Positions 11,701 through 23,599 of a DNA stretch of 64,000 nt are shown one piece after another. The notes beneath the pieces were generated by a model. The model ran no database searches. It saw nothing but the letters and a program-made list of their open reading frames with translations, and was not told the origin of the DNA. How positions within the stretch are numbered: the first letter of the stretch is position 1; every line of letters begins with the position of its first letter. Origin of the DNA: Monocercomonoides exilis PA203 (lineage: Eukaryota; Protista; Preaxostyla); contig LSRY02000004.1 in NCBI GenBank assembly GCA_001643675.2, forward strand, positions 558,001 through 622,000, read 5' to 3'. Both the position numbers and the translations under genes were made by a program.

Positions 11701-14700
11701 ATGACAGAAATTAAAGTAACAAAAGAAGAGAATGTTAAAACGATTGACATTCAAAATTCAATTTCAACTATATCTACCAAGAGAACACGATCATCTGTTT
11801 CAATGGAATATTCGGATGATTCTTTATCTAAATCATATTCTTCGAGTTGCAGTTGCTCGTGTTCATGCAGCGAATGTTCATCGTTTCGTTCTTATTGTTC
11901 ATCTACCAACCCATGTCCTCGTTGTCGTTGCCATTGTGCTTCAACAAAGCAAGGGAAGCATCATCAGCAATCAATAAGCTCTCATTCAATTGAACAATCA
12001 TCCAAAACTCAAGATGCGTCAATTTCTGTTAAATTTAAAGAAGTGCAAAATGTTCAGCCTGTTCCTTCTCCTTGTGCCATTGAAACATTGATAACCCCTG
12101 AAGAAGCTGAAAAGCTGCATAATAGGCCTTCTTTGGATCTTTCGAAACGGAAAAAACATCCACCTTCTGCAAATCCTCGCCAAATAACACTTCAAAAGCC
12201 AGAAAAGAAAAGAAAAACAAGAAACTCACAAAAAAATAGCAAAAATTCCAAAAAAGAAGTTAAATTGATAACAAAAAAAGAGACTGAAGAATTTAATAGG
12301 GATGAAAAGCCTCAAGCAATTGAGAAACAGTTAGTAAATGAAGACAAAATTGAAAACATCTCTTCTTCAAACGTTCCTGTTTCATCTTCTTCAGCATTGC
12401 TTGTTTCGGTGCCTTTGCCATCTACGACGCCTGTATCCTCTTCCTCTTTGACCATTCCTCCAGTTGAAACGCCCCAACACCACCTCACATCTTCCAAGTC
12501 AGCTTCTCTTCTTCCTAGATACCTTCCTACTTCATCATCACCTCACTCTGCACTTCTCACACATCACCCAATGTCTTCTCCATCTCCTTCTCCTCCTCAG
12601 CGCATCACTCATCCGCATCACCCACTCACTTCTCCATCTCAAACGCCCCGCCCTTCTCCCAAGCAAGCACAGCTATCATCCTTTCAGAACAACACATTTG
12701 GAGCTCTCAAAGGAACAAATGGCTCGTCTGCTCTTGCAAACCCTGTTCGATCCTGGTTTGGTTCGGCTTTTCAATCGACACTTCCAGCAAATGAACCGGA
12801 GTCTCTGAGCGAGGCAGCCACACTGCACGACTACGACGATCTTCTCACGTCTGCAAGAGGCGGAAACGACAAAGATGAAAGTCAGAAGAAAGACAGCGAG
12901 CACGACGAAGAAAGGACAAGATACGACGAGAGCCAAATCGAAGACAACGAAGAGGAAGTTGAGAAAACCTGGGTGAGGCCAGGAAAATACTCGATCTCGA
13001 ATGAAGAATCTGCCGAGTCCACGTCAGCGTCTCAGGAGCGCACGGTGCCAGGAGCTGATCTCACTGCACTGGAGCACGAGAAGACGCTGACTGACAGAGA
13101 GCGGAAGGCTCCCGGAGATGGTTCACTTCTACTACCTATATCTGTCTTCTCCATCCGGTCAACTGCGAGTATTGGGACAGGCGACTCGCGCGCAGACAGC
13201 TCACACTTGTCGCTGGAGATGCGGGTGCGGCAGTCGAAGGCGAGCGTGCGGTCGTCGATGAAGTCGCTTTCGGAGCTTGCAATGGAATCCAGAGACCGCT
13301 CTCAGTCGATGGTGCAGCACCAGTCAATCTCCTCCCAGCTCACAACCACATCTTCCTTCACTTCACCAGCCTCAGACACCCTCAACCACTTCGCCTGCCA
13401 CAACAACTGCTCTTCCCCGCCTTACGTGCACAACGCTTCTTTAGCTCGCATCACCATCGCCGAGTCAAAACCTCGCAAAACACCCCCTGCATATGACGCA
13501 GAGCATGGCTCTTCTGCAAAAAAACTGCGCGATTCTGTAACTTCTTCGACTGCCTCTTCAGTTCTCACATCGCCTGCATCCACTCCGTCACGAGGGACGC
13601 GTGTACTTCCGATGAAAGAGCACGAAAAACATTCAGCTGGGAGGAAGTCGCACAGACTGACACATCATTCGATGCTCAACGAAACAAGCGCCACAACTCC
13701 GCTGCAGCAATCCATTCAGAATGTCACTCCACTCAGCACTCCACCACCAGAATCGGCTGAAAACTTGCTTTTCTTGGGGAACAACGAGGTGCCACAGACA
13801 CTCACAGCAAAAGTAGATGATGATTCAATGTGTCGTCTGGAAGCATATCCAAATGAAACCAAAGCATCAGAACAATTACAACTGACATCGTGCGTCGAAG
13901 TGCCAAGCTTTTCTCTTAATAATTATTCATCTGACAATCATTCATCAGATTCTGATGCAAGCACTCATGATAATTCAAACATGCAAGCTGAAAGTGTTCT
14001 AAACGAGCAAACTTCTTCTCAAAACGATAAAAGAGCAAATGTCAATAATAACACAAATGAAAGTGAAGTCATTACACCTCTTCCACAAGCATCTTTCAAT
14101 ACCCAGCAAACGCAGCTTGTATCAACTGAGTCTCCGCCCAGCATTGCTCTCACATCCACTCCAACGCCAACCCCTTCTTCCACCCAGCAGTCATCTCACA
14201 ACGGATCACCCCCCAACAAATTCAACACCCACATCCACCATTCCCGCCGCCGCACTGTTGCCTCTTGTGCAACAGGTCTTTCTGCCTCAAGCGACAACTC
14301 GAATGCCATAAATGTGCATTGCAGCGGAGCAGATAGCGTTGCCCGTTCCCGCGACTTGTCTCGCCAGAGCTTGCCATCGCTTTCTTTGTCTCTGTCGGTG
14401 CAGCAGGCCGTGTCTGCTTGCACTCCAGTGAACCACTCGCCCCATCTTTCGCTGACCATAGCAACAACAGCAGAGAAAATGGCTGGTTCTCCGATGTCGA
14501 ATAGCTCGATGCCGGCTTTTGCCTCAAATAGAAGTTCGAGCAACTCGATCTTTTCGGATGAGCCGCTGTATCTTCACGCAATCCAACAGAACACATCCAA
14601 GCAGAAGCCGAAGCGGACGGAGCAAGCCACGCCGAATTTAAACGATGGTGTTAAAATAAACAATATATATGCTGATGAAAATGTTCGTGAGTTTGCTGAA

Positions 14701-17220
14701 GTTAACGATGTGACTGCTGTTCCTGTGATTCCTTCTGATGTCAGCGAAAAGAGCAATCAACTGGCACCTCTGTCAACTCCTCATCAAACAAACATATTTG
14801 GATCACCTGATCAAGAAGACAGTTACGAACATTCTTTGGAGATGCAATCACAACCAGAACAGAATCTGAAGGCGAATGAGGAAAAGATTGCATCAAATTC
14901 AAACAAGCTGCCATACTCTCCGAAAGAAAGATCTGCCCAATCGCGCCCATCTGTGCTGTTTCCCATTCCGCCTCCACCAAACCAGCTGCAACATGCTCAG
15001 AGCGTTCCATTTTCTCCTTCGTGTGTACCTTCTCCTTCTGCTGTCAGTCCATTTGCGGCATTCTCTCCTCAGCCAAGGGGAATGCAGCTCTCTGCATCGA
15101 ATGTTCCACACTCAGAATCTCCGCCGATTGCGACGCCAACTGCCTCCTCTTTTGACATCTCCAGTTCCTCTGTCAGTTCATCCACTGCATTACATGCTGA
15201 ACATCAGGATTGCTCTTCTTTCTACTCTGGAAGCTCCATCGATACCAACGCGCCGAGTCAATTGAGAATCCCTTTCCCATCGATGCCGAACACAATTCGT
15301 TCTCAGGCGCTCACAAAGCAGGAGATGCAACCATTTCTGGCAACACTGCCTCGAGTAATCAACAAAGAAACATCATCAGGCGGACATCCTTCAAAGAACG
15401 TTATCAAAGCACTGCTTGGAGTAAATGAGCCATATTCATACGAGTTCAAACGGAAGCAGGTTTTGAAAAAGGCAGTTAAAAGATTGAACGAGACTTGTCA
15501 GCCATGTTTACAACGAGGCAAACTAATGGAAAATGGTGAAGCCAGCGCAACAGCTGAAACTCCAACTGGTAATATCAATAATAAAAATAACAATCTTCTA
15601 GCTACACCTCAGAAATCTACCCCAAAACTGAAAGATGTGGAAGCAACTCCTGTATTTGACCTGCGTTCTGCTCGATCATGTGCACGAATCAAAATTAGTC
15701 AATTTGATGAGTCAGGCAAAATAAGCGAAGGCACAATTGAAAGTGCAAGTGGTGAATCTGCATCAGTCGAAGTTCATTCACCAAGTTATCAGCAGTTGCA
15801 GAAGAGTGAAGATAAAGAGGAAAGCATGGAGGATGAGAATGAGAAGGAAAAAGAGGTTAAAGAGGATGAAGACAGCAGCATCTGTGATTCAGAGAGTGAG
15901 GAAGACAAGCTTGTTGAAGAGATTACTCAACTTGAAATGTCTATTTTATTTGACATTCATTTGCAGCAGCGAAAGCAAAAGCAGATAAGCAAAGGGTCTT
16001 CACATGCTCCACTCACTTTATCGCTCTCTAAACGCACAACTTCTCCGTCGTTGTCCATTCTGAATCCACAAATATCTTGTTCGCCTTCCAAACAGCGGCA
16101 TATTCGGAAAATGATTGTACCGCCGCAGTCGTTTCTGGACAAGGAAGAGCAGATCATCAAAAAGCAGAGAGAGTCTGCCCTCAAAAAGCAGCTGGCAGTG
16201 ATGTCAAGTCGCTCTATTGTTGTCACTGCAATCAATGAATTGCTTCCAACATCTGACCTGTCTGAGCCTTCTGGACGGTTCATATTTCCCAATGCGCAGC
16301 TGTCTTTTGTGAGGTCGATGGATATCATGCAGCCATCTGCTACAGCTGCACGCGACCAGGCAAGCTTGGATGATGTGCTCCTCACAAGCGACCAGTTTGT
16401 TCCTTCTCCAATTCTTTATGCTGCGCGGGCCAATCTGCAGTCAGCTGCATCTGTTTCGCTGTCTTTTGTCCACATTGCTCCGCGGTTATCAGCTCAAACG
16501 CGGACAAACTCTTCGTCTTTGAACAACTCACGAGGAGCAGCGATGCTGGCGCAGCCACCTCCACACACTCCACTAATGGTCTCCTCAATCCCCTCACTTC
16601 CAGTCTCGCACCTCAAACGAACGCCTCTTCCAAGAAAAATGCGGGAAAGCCGCCAACTTCATGTGATGTCCACAAAACTATCTCAGTCAACTGCGATGCA
16701 GGCTACAGCTTCCTCTTCTGCGTCACCTTCGGTCAGTCTCTTCCGAATTGCACATGTTTCTGTTATCGATTCAAATACTGCTCTTCAAAAAAAGATTCCG
16801 CTTGTGTCTGGAGAAAACCCGTTATTTTTTCAGAATTCAAAATCTTCTTCTGTAATGCCGTATGCATCGTTGCATTCGTCGTCTCAGCAGCATCCTCTTT
16901 CACTCTCTTCTCACCATTTTATGATGTCTATATCTCCATCTGTTACTCCGTCCCAACAGTATTTCGGGAATGACAGCCCCATCCCAGAGTCCAGTTCGCC
17001 TATTCCATTCTTTCTTCCTGTGCTTTCAATCGACCATCCACAGAAATCTGGCAACCTGACAGCTGTTCTCACGTCTCTCGACAATGCTGTGCAGGAGGGA
17101 AATATTGTGTTAAATCCTGATTCGCTGGCAGAGCTGGAGGCGCTAATCGAGATGGAGACTAAAAAGCATAAAGAAAACGAAATGCTTAAGAGTGAGGTGT
17201 TTGAGCGTTCGGTGGGTTGA
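11701..17220 (+). CDS. Hypothetical Ser/Pro/Thr-rich, largely disordered protein (~1840 aa)
   Basis: Single 5.5-kb ORF. First ATG after the AT-rich leader is at 11701. No recognisable domain; Cys cluster near the N-terminus. Confidence 0.75.
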   Translation: MTEIKVTKEENVKTIDIQNSISTISTKRTRSSVSMEYSDDSLSKSYSSSCSCSCSCSECSSFRSYCSSTNPCPRCRCHCASTKQGKHHQQSISSHSIEQSSKTQDASISVKFKEVQNVQPVPSPCAIETLITPEEAEKLHNRPSLDLSKRKKHPPSANPRQITLQKPEKKRKTRNSQKNSKNSKKEVKLITKKETEEFNRDEKPQAIEKQLVNEDKIENISSSNVPVSSSSALLVSVPLPSTTPVSSSSLTIPPVETPQHHLTSSKSASLLPRYLPTSSSPHSALLTHHPMSSPSPSPPQRITHPHHPLTSPSQTPRPSPKQAQLSSFQNNTFGALKGTNGSSALANPVRSWFGSAFQSTLPANEPESLSEAATLHDYDDLLTSARGGNDKDESQKKDSEHDEERTRYDESQIEDNEEEVEKTWVRPGKYSISNEESAESTSASQERTVPGADLTALEHEKTLTDRERKAPGDGSLLLPISVFSIRSTASIGTGDSRADSSHLSLEMRVRQSKASVRSSMKSLSELAMESRDRSQSMVQHQSISSQLTTTSSFTSPASDTLNHFACHNNCSSPPYVHNASLARITIAESKPRKTPPAYDAEHGSSAKKLRDSVTSSTASSVLTSPASTPSRGTRVLPMKEHEKHSAGRKSHRLTHHSMLNETSATTPLQQSIQNVTPLSTPPPESAENLLFLGNNEVPQTLTAKVDDDSMCRLEAYPNETKASEQLQLTSCVEVPSFSLNNYSSDNHSSDSDASTHDNSNMQAESVLNEQTSSQNDKRANVNNNTNESEVITPLPQASFNTQQTQLVSTESPPSIALTSTPTPTPSSTQQSSHNGSPPNKFNTHIHHSRRRTVASCATGLSASSDNSNAINVHCSGADSVARSRDLSRQSLPSLSLSLSVQQAVSACTPVNHSPHLSLTIATTAEKMAGSPMSNSSMPAFASNRSSSNSIFSDEPLYLHAIQQNTSKQKPKRTEQATPNLNDGVKINNIYADENVREFAEVNDVTAVPVIPSDVSEKSNQLAPLSTPHQTNIFGSPDQEDSYEHSLEMQSQPEQNLKANEEKIASNSNKLPYSPKERSAQSRPSVLFPIPPPPNQLQHAQSVPFSPSCVPSPSAVSPFAAFSPQPRGMQLSASNVPHSESPPIATPTASSFDISSSSVSSSTALHAEHQDCSSFYSGSSIDTNAPSQLRIPFPSMPNTIRSQALTKQEMQPFLATLPRVINKETSSGGHPSKNVIKALLGVNEPYSYEFKRKQVLKKAVKRLNETCQPCLQRGKLMENGEASATAETPTGNINNKNNNLLATPQKSTPKLKDVEATPVFDLRSARSCARIKISQFDESGKISEGTIESASGESASVEVHSPSYQQLQKSEDKEESMEDENEKEKEVKEDEDSSICDSESEEDKLVEEITQLEMSILFDIHLQQRKQKQISKGSSHAPLTLSLSKRTTSPSLSILNPQISCSPSKQRHIRKMIVPPQSFLDKEEQIIKKQRESALKKQLAVMSSRSIVVTAINELLPTSDLSEPSGRFIFPNAQLSFVRSMDIMQPSATAARDQASLDDVLLTSDQFVPSPILYAARANLQSAASVSLSFVHIAPRLSAQTRTNSSSLNNSRGAAMLAQPPPHTPLMVSSIPSLPVSHLKRTPLPRKMRESRQLHVMSTKLSQSTAMQATASSSASPSVSLFRIAHVSVIDSNTALQKKIPLVSGENPLFFQNSKSSSVMPYASLHSSSQQHPLSLSSHHFMMSISPSVTPSQQYFGNDSPIPESSSPIPFFLPVLSIDHPQKSGNLTAVLTSLDNAVQEGNIVLNPDSLAELEALIEMETKKHKENEMLKSEVFERSVG

Positions 17221-17789
17221 TAGGAGCTGATGGAACAGTTGGAGCATTTTCAAGACAATTGCAAGCATAGGCCAGTGAAGGGAGAAGAGTTCCTGTGACG
17301 TATCATGTTGTACACGTGGGCTCTGTCATTTCTTTAGAGAACATAAAAGTTGAGTATGTTTCTCTCAATTATAATTTTACAATTTGATGAATAGTTAAAA
17401 TTGAATGAAAGTTGATTCAATTTTTTATATTTATAATTTACAATTACCGTTTATTTGAAATTTTTCGTTTGTTCATTTGCATCATGTATTCTTAATTTCA
17501 ACAAGCAATCGCATTTATTTATTGTCAATAAATAATATCAGGCATCTTTTACTCAAAGTGTTGATGAGAAAGAAAATGTTTTGAGAAGTGAATAGAAGTT
17601 TAATAGTATAATAAGAAAAAACGAAAAAATGATAAATTGTGGAATGAAAAGGAGACAAGTGATCAAAGCATTCAATGAAAACAAAGAGAACAAAAAGAAG
17701 ATATAGAAAATGCAAAATGCAAAAGCAGTGAAATTGAGGAATGAATATGTGAGTTAACAATTGGAAAGATTATTGTGAAATGATTTAAC

Positions 17790-20700
17790 TTAACCCTCGT
17801 CTTCCCATCCTTCATCATCATGTGACTGCATTCCTCCATCATCCATGTACACATCATCGCCAGGATAACCCTCACCTTCCCCAACTCCTTCCTCATCCAG
17901 CTTTATTCCTATTTCTTCAGCCGTTACTCCCTTAGCATGGCAAATATCTTCAATCGTCTCTCTCTCCACATACGGCCCAACGTCGATGTTGTGGTCAACC
18001 ATCTCCTTCAACATCTCAAATGCACTGTCCAGTTGTTGTACTGCATGGAAGTGCTGGATAAGATGTGCATATATGTCTCCTGTCCTAACCGCACTTTCGA
18101 TATCTGGCTCTTGCAGAAGCCGCTGCATCTGTGCAACCATCTCCATTGGATTCGTCTCCTCCATCGCCTTTGCTTGCACAAACGCATCCACAAGTGAAAT
18201 GCGCCGCTCAATCGATTGGATCTTCTCTGGAGAGTCTTCTGCAGGAGACATGTGTTGGAACTTCAGAGCTTCCTTCAGCGCCATCAGTGCTTTGTCATAT
18301 GCAAGATATTCATCAATCTCGACTTGCGAACATGACTCATAAAACGAGACAAGCTCGTCGTACGCCTTCGCTTTTTTGTACATTGAAACAATGTGTCCAA
18401 GAAGCGAGGGTATCAATCTCCATTGCAGTGACTGCAGATAGTTAGCAGCAAGCACATACACACGTGGGCTACGGCAAATACCTGCAAAAGTGATGACCTC
18501 TTCCACATCGCCCGTGGAGATGATGGAATTCATTGCTGATGTTAAGTCGCCAACTGATGAAAACAGTTTTGCAGCATATTTGTATTTGCCCTGGTTGTGG
18601 ACAATCTGCGCCAGACGTGTAGTAATCGCTTTTTTCTCCTCAGATGTAACCATTCCACCGGCTGCACGTCGTTTTTTCTTCATTTTTATTCCTTCCTGCC
18701 TCATATCATTCTCTTTCTTCTCTCCATCGATTCCAGCTCCTTCGCCTGTTCTATCGCTATCTTCGATTTCTCTCTCCTTTAGTGTTTCCAGAATGCTTTC
18801 CACTTTCTCTTCTGAAAGCTCAACATGGTGCTTCTCACAAACATCGAGTGCTTCATCATACTGTCCTGCTGCTATCAACATATTGAATGCTTTGTCGTGT
18901 CTGTTAATTGACAAGAAGAATGAGGCGCAACGCTCCAAAAGTGAAGAATCTGCTTCATTTGAGATATCATCTGCAATTTGGTGGAGAGATTCTTCCATGT
19001 TACCCTTAAAGCACACTTCAATTGCCTTATTTAGCGCGCCAGCCTGCCGATAGAGCGTAAATGCCTTGTCGAACATTGCCCTTTCTTCGAAATATTCTCC
19101 CACAAGAATCATTGCACTTGGAGTTCCTTCCAGTGCCAGCCTTATCATATCTTCTTCTCTCTCGTTTTCTTTTGCGAGGCGAATGGCTTCGTTAAATCTT
19201 CCAGCTCCTTTATAGAGCGTAATAGCTTCATCAACATTCCCGCTCTTCTCTCGCTCTCTCGCAACAAACTCCATAGCCAATCGATTGCGATTGTTCTGTG
19301 CTTCTTTCTGAGCTTCATCAATCCTTCCCACACAGCATAGCACTCTCACCAATGAAAGTGTCTCACCCACTCTTTTGTATGCTTCTGCTGCTTCTTCCAG
19401 CTTGCTTTCACTTTCACACAGCTGTCCCCACATTCTCCAGAGATCTTTTGTGTCGGTCGCTTCAACGTATCCTTTCAAGTCTTGTTTTCGCTCGCTGAAA
19501 TAAAGAAGACGCGGCACTTCAACCGAAGCTGTCTGTGCCTGTTCGTATAGCTCAATCGCACCAACGACATCTCCCATTGCTTCAAGATGCTGTGCACAAA
19601 GATGCCTCGTAGATGCCAAGTGGATCTGATCAGACTCACGAGCAATGCGCAGGGCTCGGGTCCAGCGTCCACAATATTGATAGAACTTGTTCAGAAGATC
19701 AAATCGCCTACAGTCCTTAAGCAGTTTTTCTGCCTCTTTGTAGAGCCCCAATTGGATGGCCACTAATGCAAGCTGTGCTTCTGCAGGTGATTCTGAGCGT
19801 GCCTGGCGCAAGGCCATCATGCCTTGGACATGTCCCATGTTCCTCAGGCAGATCTCCATCACGTCTACACGACGTGTTTTCACACACAAATGCGCCATGT
19901 TCTCCCACACTTTCCCCGCTGCTCTTTTTATTCCCTTCACATTTCGATATGCTTCGTCCATGTTTCCTGCAGTCAGGTTGAAGCAAAAGTCTTTCATCGA
20001 CTTCAATGTCTCTTCATCGCCAGACTCCAGCCCGTCGTATTCGTGTAGAATGGATGTGTCTATCTTTGCTCGATCTTGGTTGGAAGGTGTTGAGCGGACA
20101 GAGAAAAAGAGATAAGGAATTGAGCAACCAATCAAAGATTGATGCTCCTCTTTCATGGTGAAAGTATCCGATGGGAGAATGCCTTTCTCTTTGGAGAAGA
20201 AGTTAGTGGAAATCTATTTGAAATGTTCAAGTTGAGTGTAAAAAAAAAGATTGTGTCGAAAAAAAGAAATATGAATCAAATCAACAAGTACACTTGTTGC
20301 AAATGATAACATCAGATCGCAAACCTCAAGATGTCGATCTCTTGAATCATGCCACGATCCATCGTTAGGGTCTCTGATAAGTCGCTTTAACGCAACAGTG
20401 AAAAATCGAGGATCACTTGCATCCCAACAGTGTCCAACGGGATAGAACAGCTGATGGAGATAATCGAACGAGAACAACGTCCCCCGCTCAACACTGAACA
20501 CATGGATGCGAGTGTCTGGAATTGAAGCCTTTGACAGCTGCTCGGGTGTTGCATCTGATAAAGGATTCGCATATTGCTCTGGTGAAACAAGAGCAATGAT
20601 GCTCACAGCTGAGCCGTCTGCATTCACACTTAACGACAAAGGCTGTCCTTTCGTGAAACGCCAAGGAGCCGCCATCAGAACGGCTTCTGTACCTCTCACA

Positions 20701-23007
20701 TCCATCACCTTCACCACTCCATTGCGTGTAGCAACGGCAAGATGACCTGAAGGCGACAGGTTCAGTAAGCAAGGATTGCCTTCTTCAGCGCTAAATGGAA
20801 GCGACTGTCGGATTGTTCCTTTGAGATTGCTTAAATAAACAAAGTTTTCGTTGCACAAATACAAAGTCTGTCCGCGGATTGCTATACACTGCGATGGGAA
20901 ATCAAATCGTGTTTCGAGCTCTGGCTTCTCGTTACGAGGATCGATGTTGTACACCTCAAGCGACTTCCCACTCCACACGACCAGCCTCTGTGTGTCGATA
21001 GCCATGCCCATCACCTTCACTCCTGTCTGAATGTGAACTGACGGATGATCCACTCTTTCCAGTGATACTTCGTGTGCTGACAGCTGGATTGCAGCCACTC
21101 CTTCGCCCAGAACAGCTTTTGGCTCGTTGTTCTTCACAGTTGACACGTTCTTGTCGTTCATGATAGAAAACACACGCGCACCAGGACCTGGCCCCCAACT
21201 GCATTTGTTCACGGAGTATTCCATATTCTGATAGAATGTCAACTCCCAGCACTGTTCGTTGCGCTGTGGAATGTCACCTTCGTCTATGCCTTCTTCTCGC
21301 TCATAAGCTGAGAAGCCGAATGATGGATTCGATGAGGAGGAAGAGGCTGAAGTTGAAGGTGTAGATGCAGACGAAATTGAAGGAAGTGAGAAAGAAGGGG
21401 TGCCGTATGAAGAGTAAGCCGTTGTTGATGTAGAAGCCACGTAGTCAGAGCGCAGTTCAGCTGGAAGTAGTTCCATGGCAGCTGTGTCTCCTTCATCCAT
21501 CCGCGAAGAAGCGATGATCTCGCTTTCCTTTGCAGGCCGCGGGATGGCCTCGTCGGGGAAGTACTGCCACACGCACGCCTTGCCTGTCGCGGTGGTTGCC
21601 AGAAGCGAGCGTGTATGCTCTTCATAAGCCATTGAGATAAAAGGTGTGTCTGATCCAACTGTTCCGCTTGGTGGCTCCAGAAGAAACATATCGTCGGTCT
21701 CCATGTTGAACATACGGACTAGTGGCTCGTCTGCCAGTACTGCTACGAGCCCTGATGAAGAAGGGATCCAACAAGCATCGCGAAGCTGGGCATCGGGCTG
21801 AGTTGAAGCTATTTGTGTCTGAGTTCAATTATTGGATGATATTTGAGAAATCAAAAAGTCAATAAGTGAATTGGGTGTGAAAGAAAGATGTGATAAAAAA
21901 GGATCAAAAATAAATTAAGTTTATAAAATTGGGGTTTCAAAATCAACTTAAAAATAACAAAGACAAACAAGAATTGGTGATTGACTTTCTGCAACAGCAA
22001 GCGAAATGGTGTACATGTTTAGATTTTTTGTGAGAAGAATAAGAGAATCCTTTGAAGGATAATACAGTAATCGAAGTGGAACTCCGTCAAGACGTCTATT
22101 TTATTTTAATTTTCAGAAGTGATTCAAATACAGAATTAGAAATTTTAATTAATAATATATTTTTCAAACAAAAAACAAAAGAAGCAGCAAACTTTGCAAC
22201 GCAAAATTCTTGCTCTGCATCCTGAGCCAAAGTAAAGACATTTCCATCGACTGTAGCAGCTGCAAACTGCGAACTTGGTGTCTTTCTCGGATCAGCTGGA
22301 GGACTGAAATAAAGTTTTCAAAAATGATGGATATTTCAAATAAATCTCACAAAAAAGCACTTCACACGGTGGCGTTCGAAAAGTAACGCACATCACTGCA
22401 CCGTGAACATCAAAATTACCCAGTAAAACAAGTTCTCTATTTCCTCCTCGCTCTTGAATACCCCACAACGATATTTCTCCATCCTTTAGTTAAAACAATA
22501 AAATATGTGTTGAAGGGTTTAATGTACTTTGAAAAAGAGAAGCAAACTGTGTCTGCAGTAATAATTCTACTTCCAGAAGGATCCCATTGAATCTTGTTAA
22601 CTGCGTGTTTGTGTTCATGATATGTTCTTATTTTCTTGTGATGGAAAAGATAAATAGTGCCATCTTCACATCCTACAAGAAGGGCAGTGTGATGTGGATC
22701 CCTTGGTTGTAATGTAAATTTTTAAATTATTTATATTTCATTCAAAAATAAAAAGAGTAAAACCAGCTGAGTTCACAAGGAGCAGCATCACATGAAAATT
22801 CAAAAATAGGTACACCCTAAAGAGCAATTTTGCAGTTGAACAACGAGCTATTTCAAAGAAAACATTGAAAGAAATATAATTGCAGACCTCTTCGTTACAA
22901 ATAGCAACCTTCTTTTCGTTTCCTAATCCAATTGCAAATATTTGCGCAATTTGATGAAACGATCCAGATGTAATGTCCTTCCATTTAGCTTTCGCTGTCC
23001 TTGACAT
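17790..23007 (-). CDS. IFT140: Intraflagellar transport protein 140 (IFT-A; WD40 plus TPR-like), ~8 exons
   Basis: VWENMAHLCVKTRRVDVMEICLRNMGH..AQLALVAIQLG, VLAANYLQSLQW and FYESCSQVEIDEY..YDKALMALKEA are IFT140 signatures. Seven GT-AG introns join the WD40 exons in frame. Confidence 0.92.
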
Positions 23008-23599
23008 GTGAAAATCAATTTTACTTAAAACAAAAAACAATGACCCATCATAGAAAAATTATAACTCAATGAAAATTTGGGGCAAAATTTTTCCATTTAC
23101 GAAAAATTCCGTGTTTTGTTCCAAACTTCTTCCACTTATATATCACAATGAATGTTTCATTATAATGCAATAAAAGTATTTTTGTGTTATCCATAATTAA
23201 AATATTATTCGAGTTTTATGAACGAACATCATATTTGTGGAAATAATAGGAGAGCATTTAAGATAGGAGCGATAAGGATCACAGCATTATTAAAAAAATA
23301 CGAAGAGAAAGGAAACAAACGAAATTGAATTGTTTTTACTGATGATGAAAGTTAGTAATTATCTGTGAAATTGTGAACACTGTTATGACTAACATTTGAT
23401 GAAAAATGAATCATTCAAAAGGACATCAAAAGACGAACATACACTCTTGAGGAGCATAGAATTCTATCATTATTGAGGATATATGAAAAAGAAAAAGAAG
23501 TTACGAAAGATAATAAAGAAGAAAGAAGAAATAACCTTATGAGCTGAATGAAAAATAAGGACAAAATATTGCATTGAGCATTTATATCGCACTAATCAT

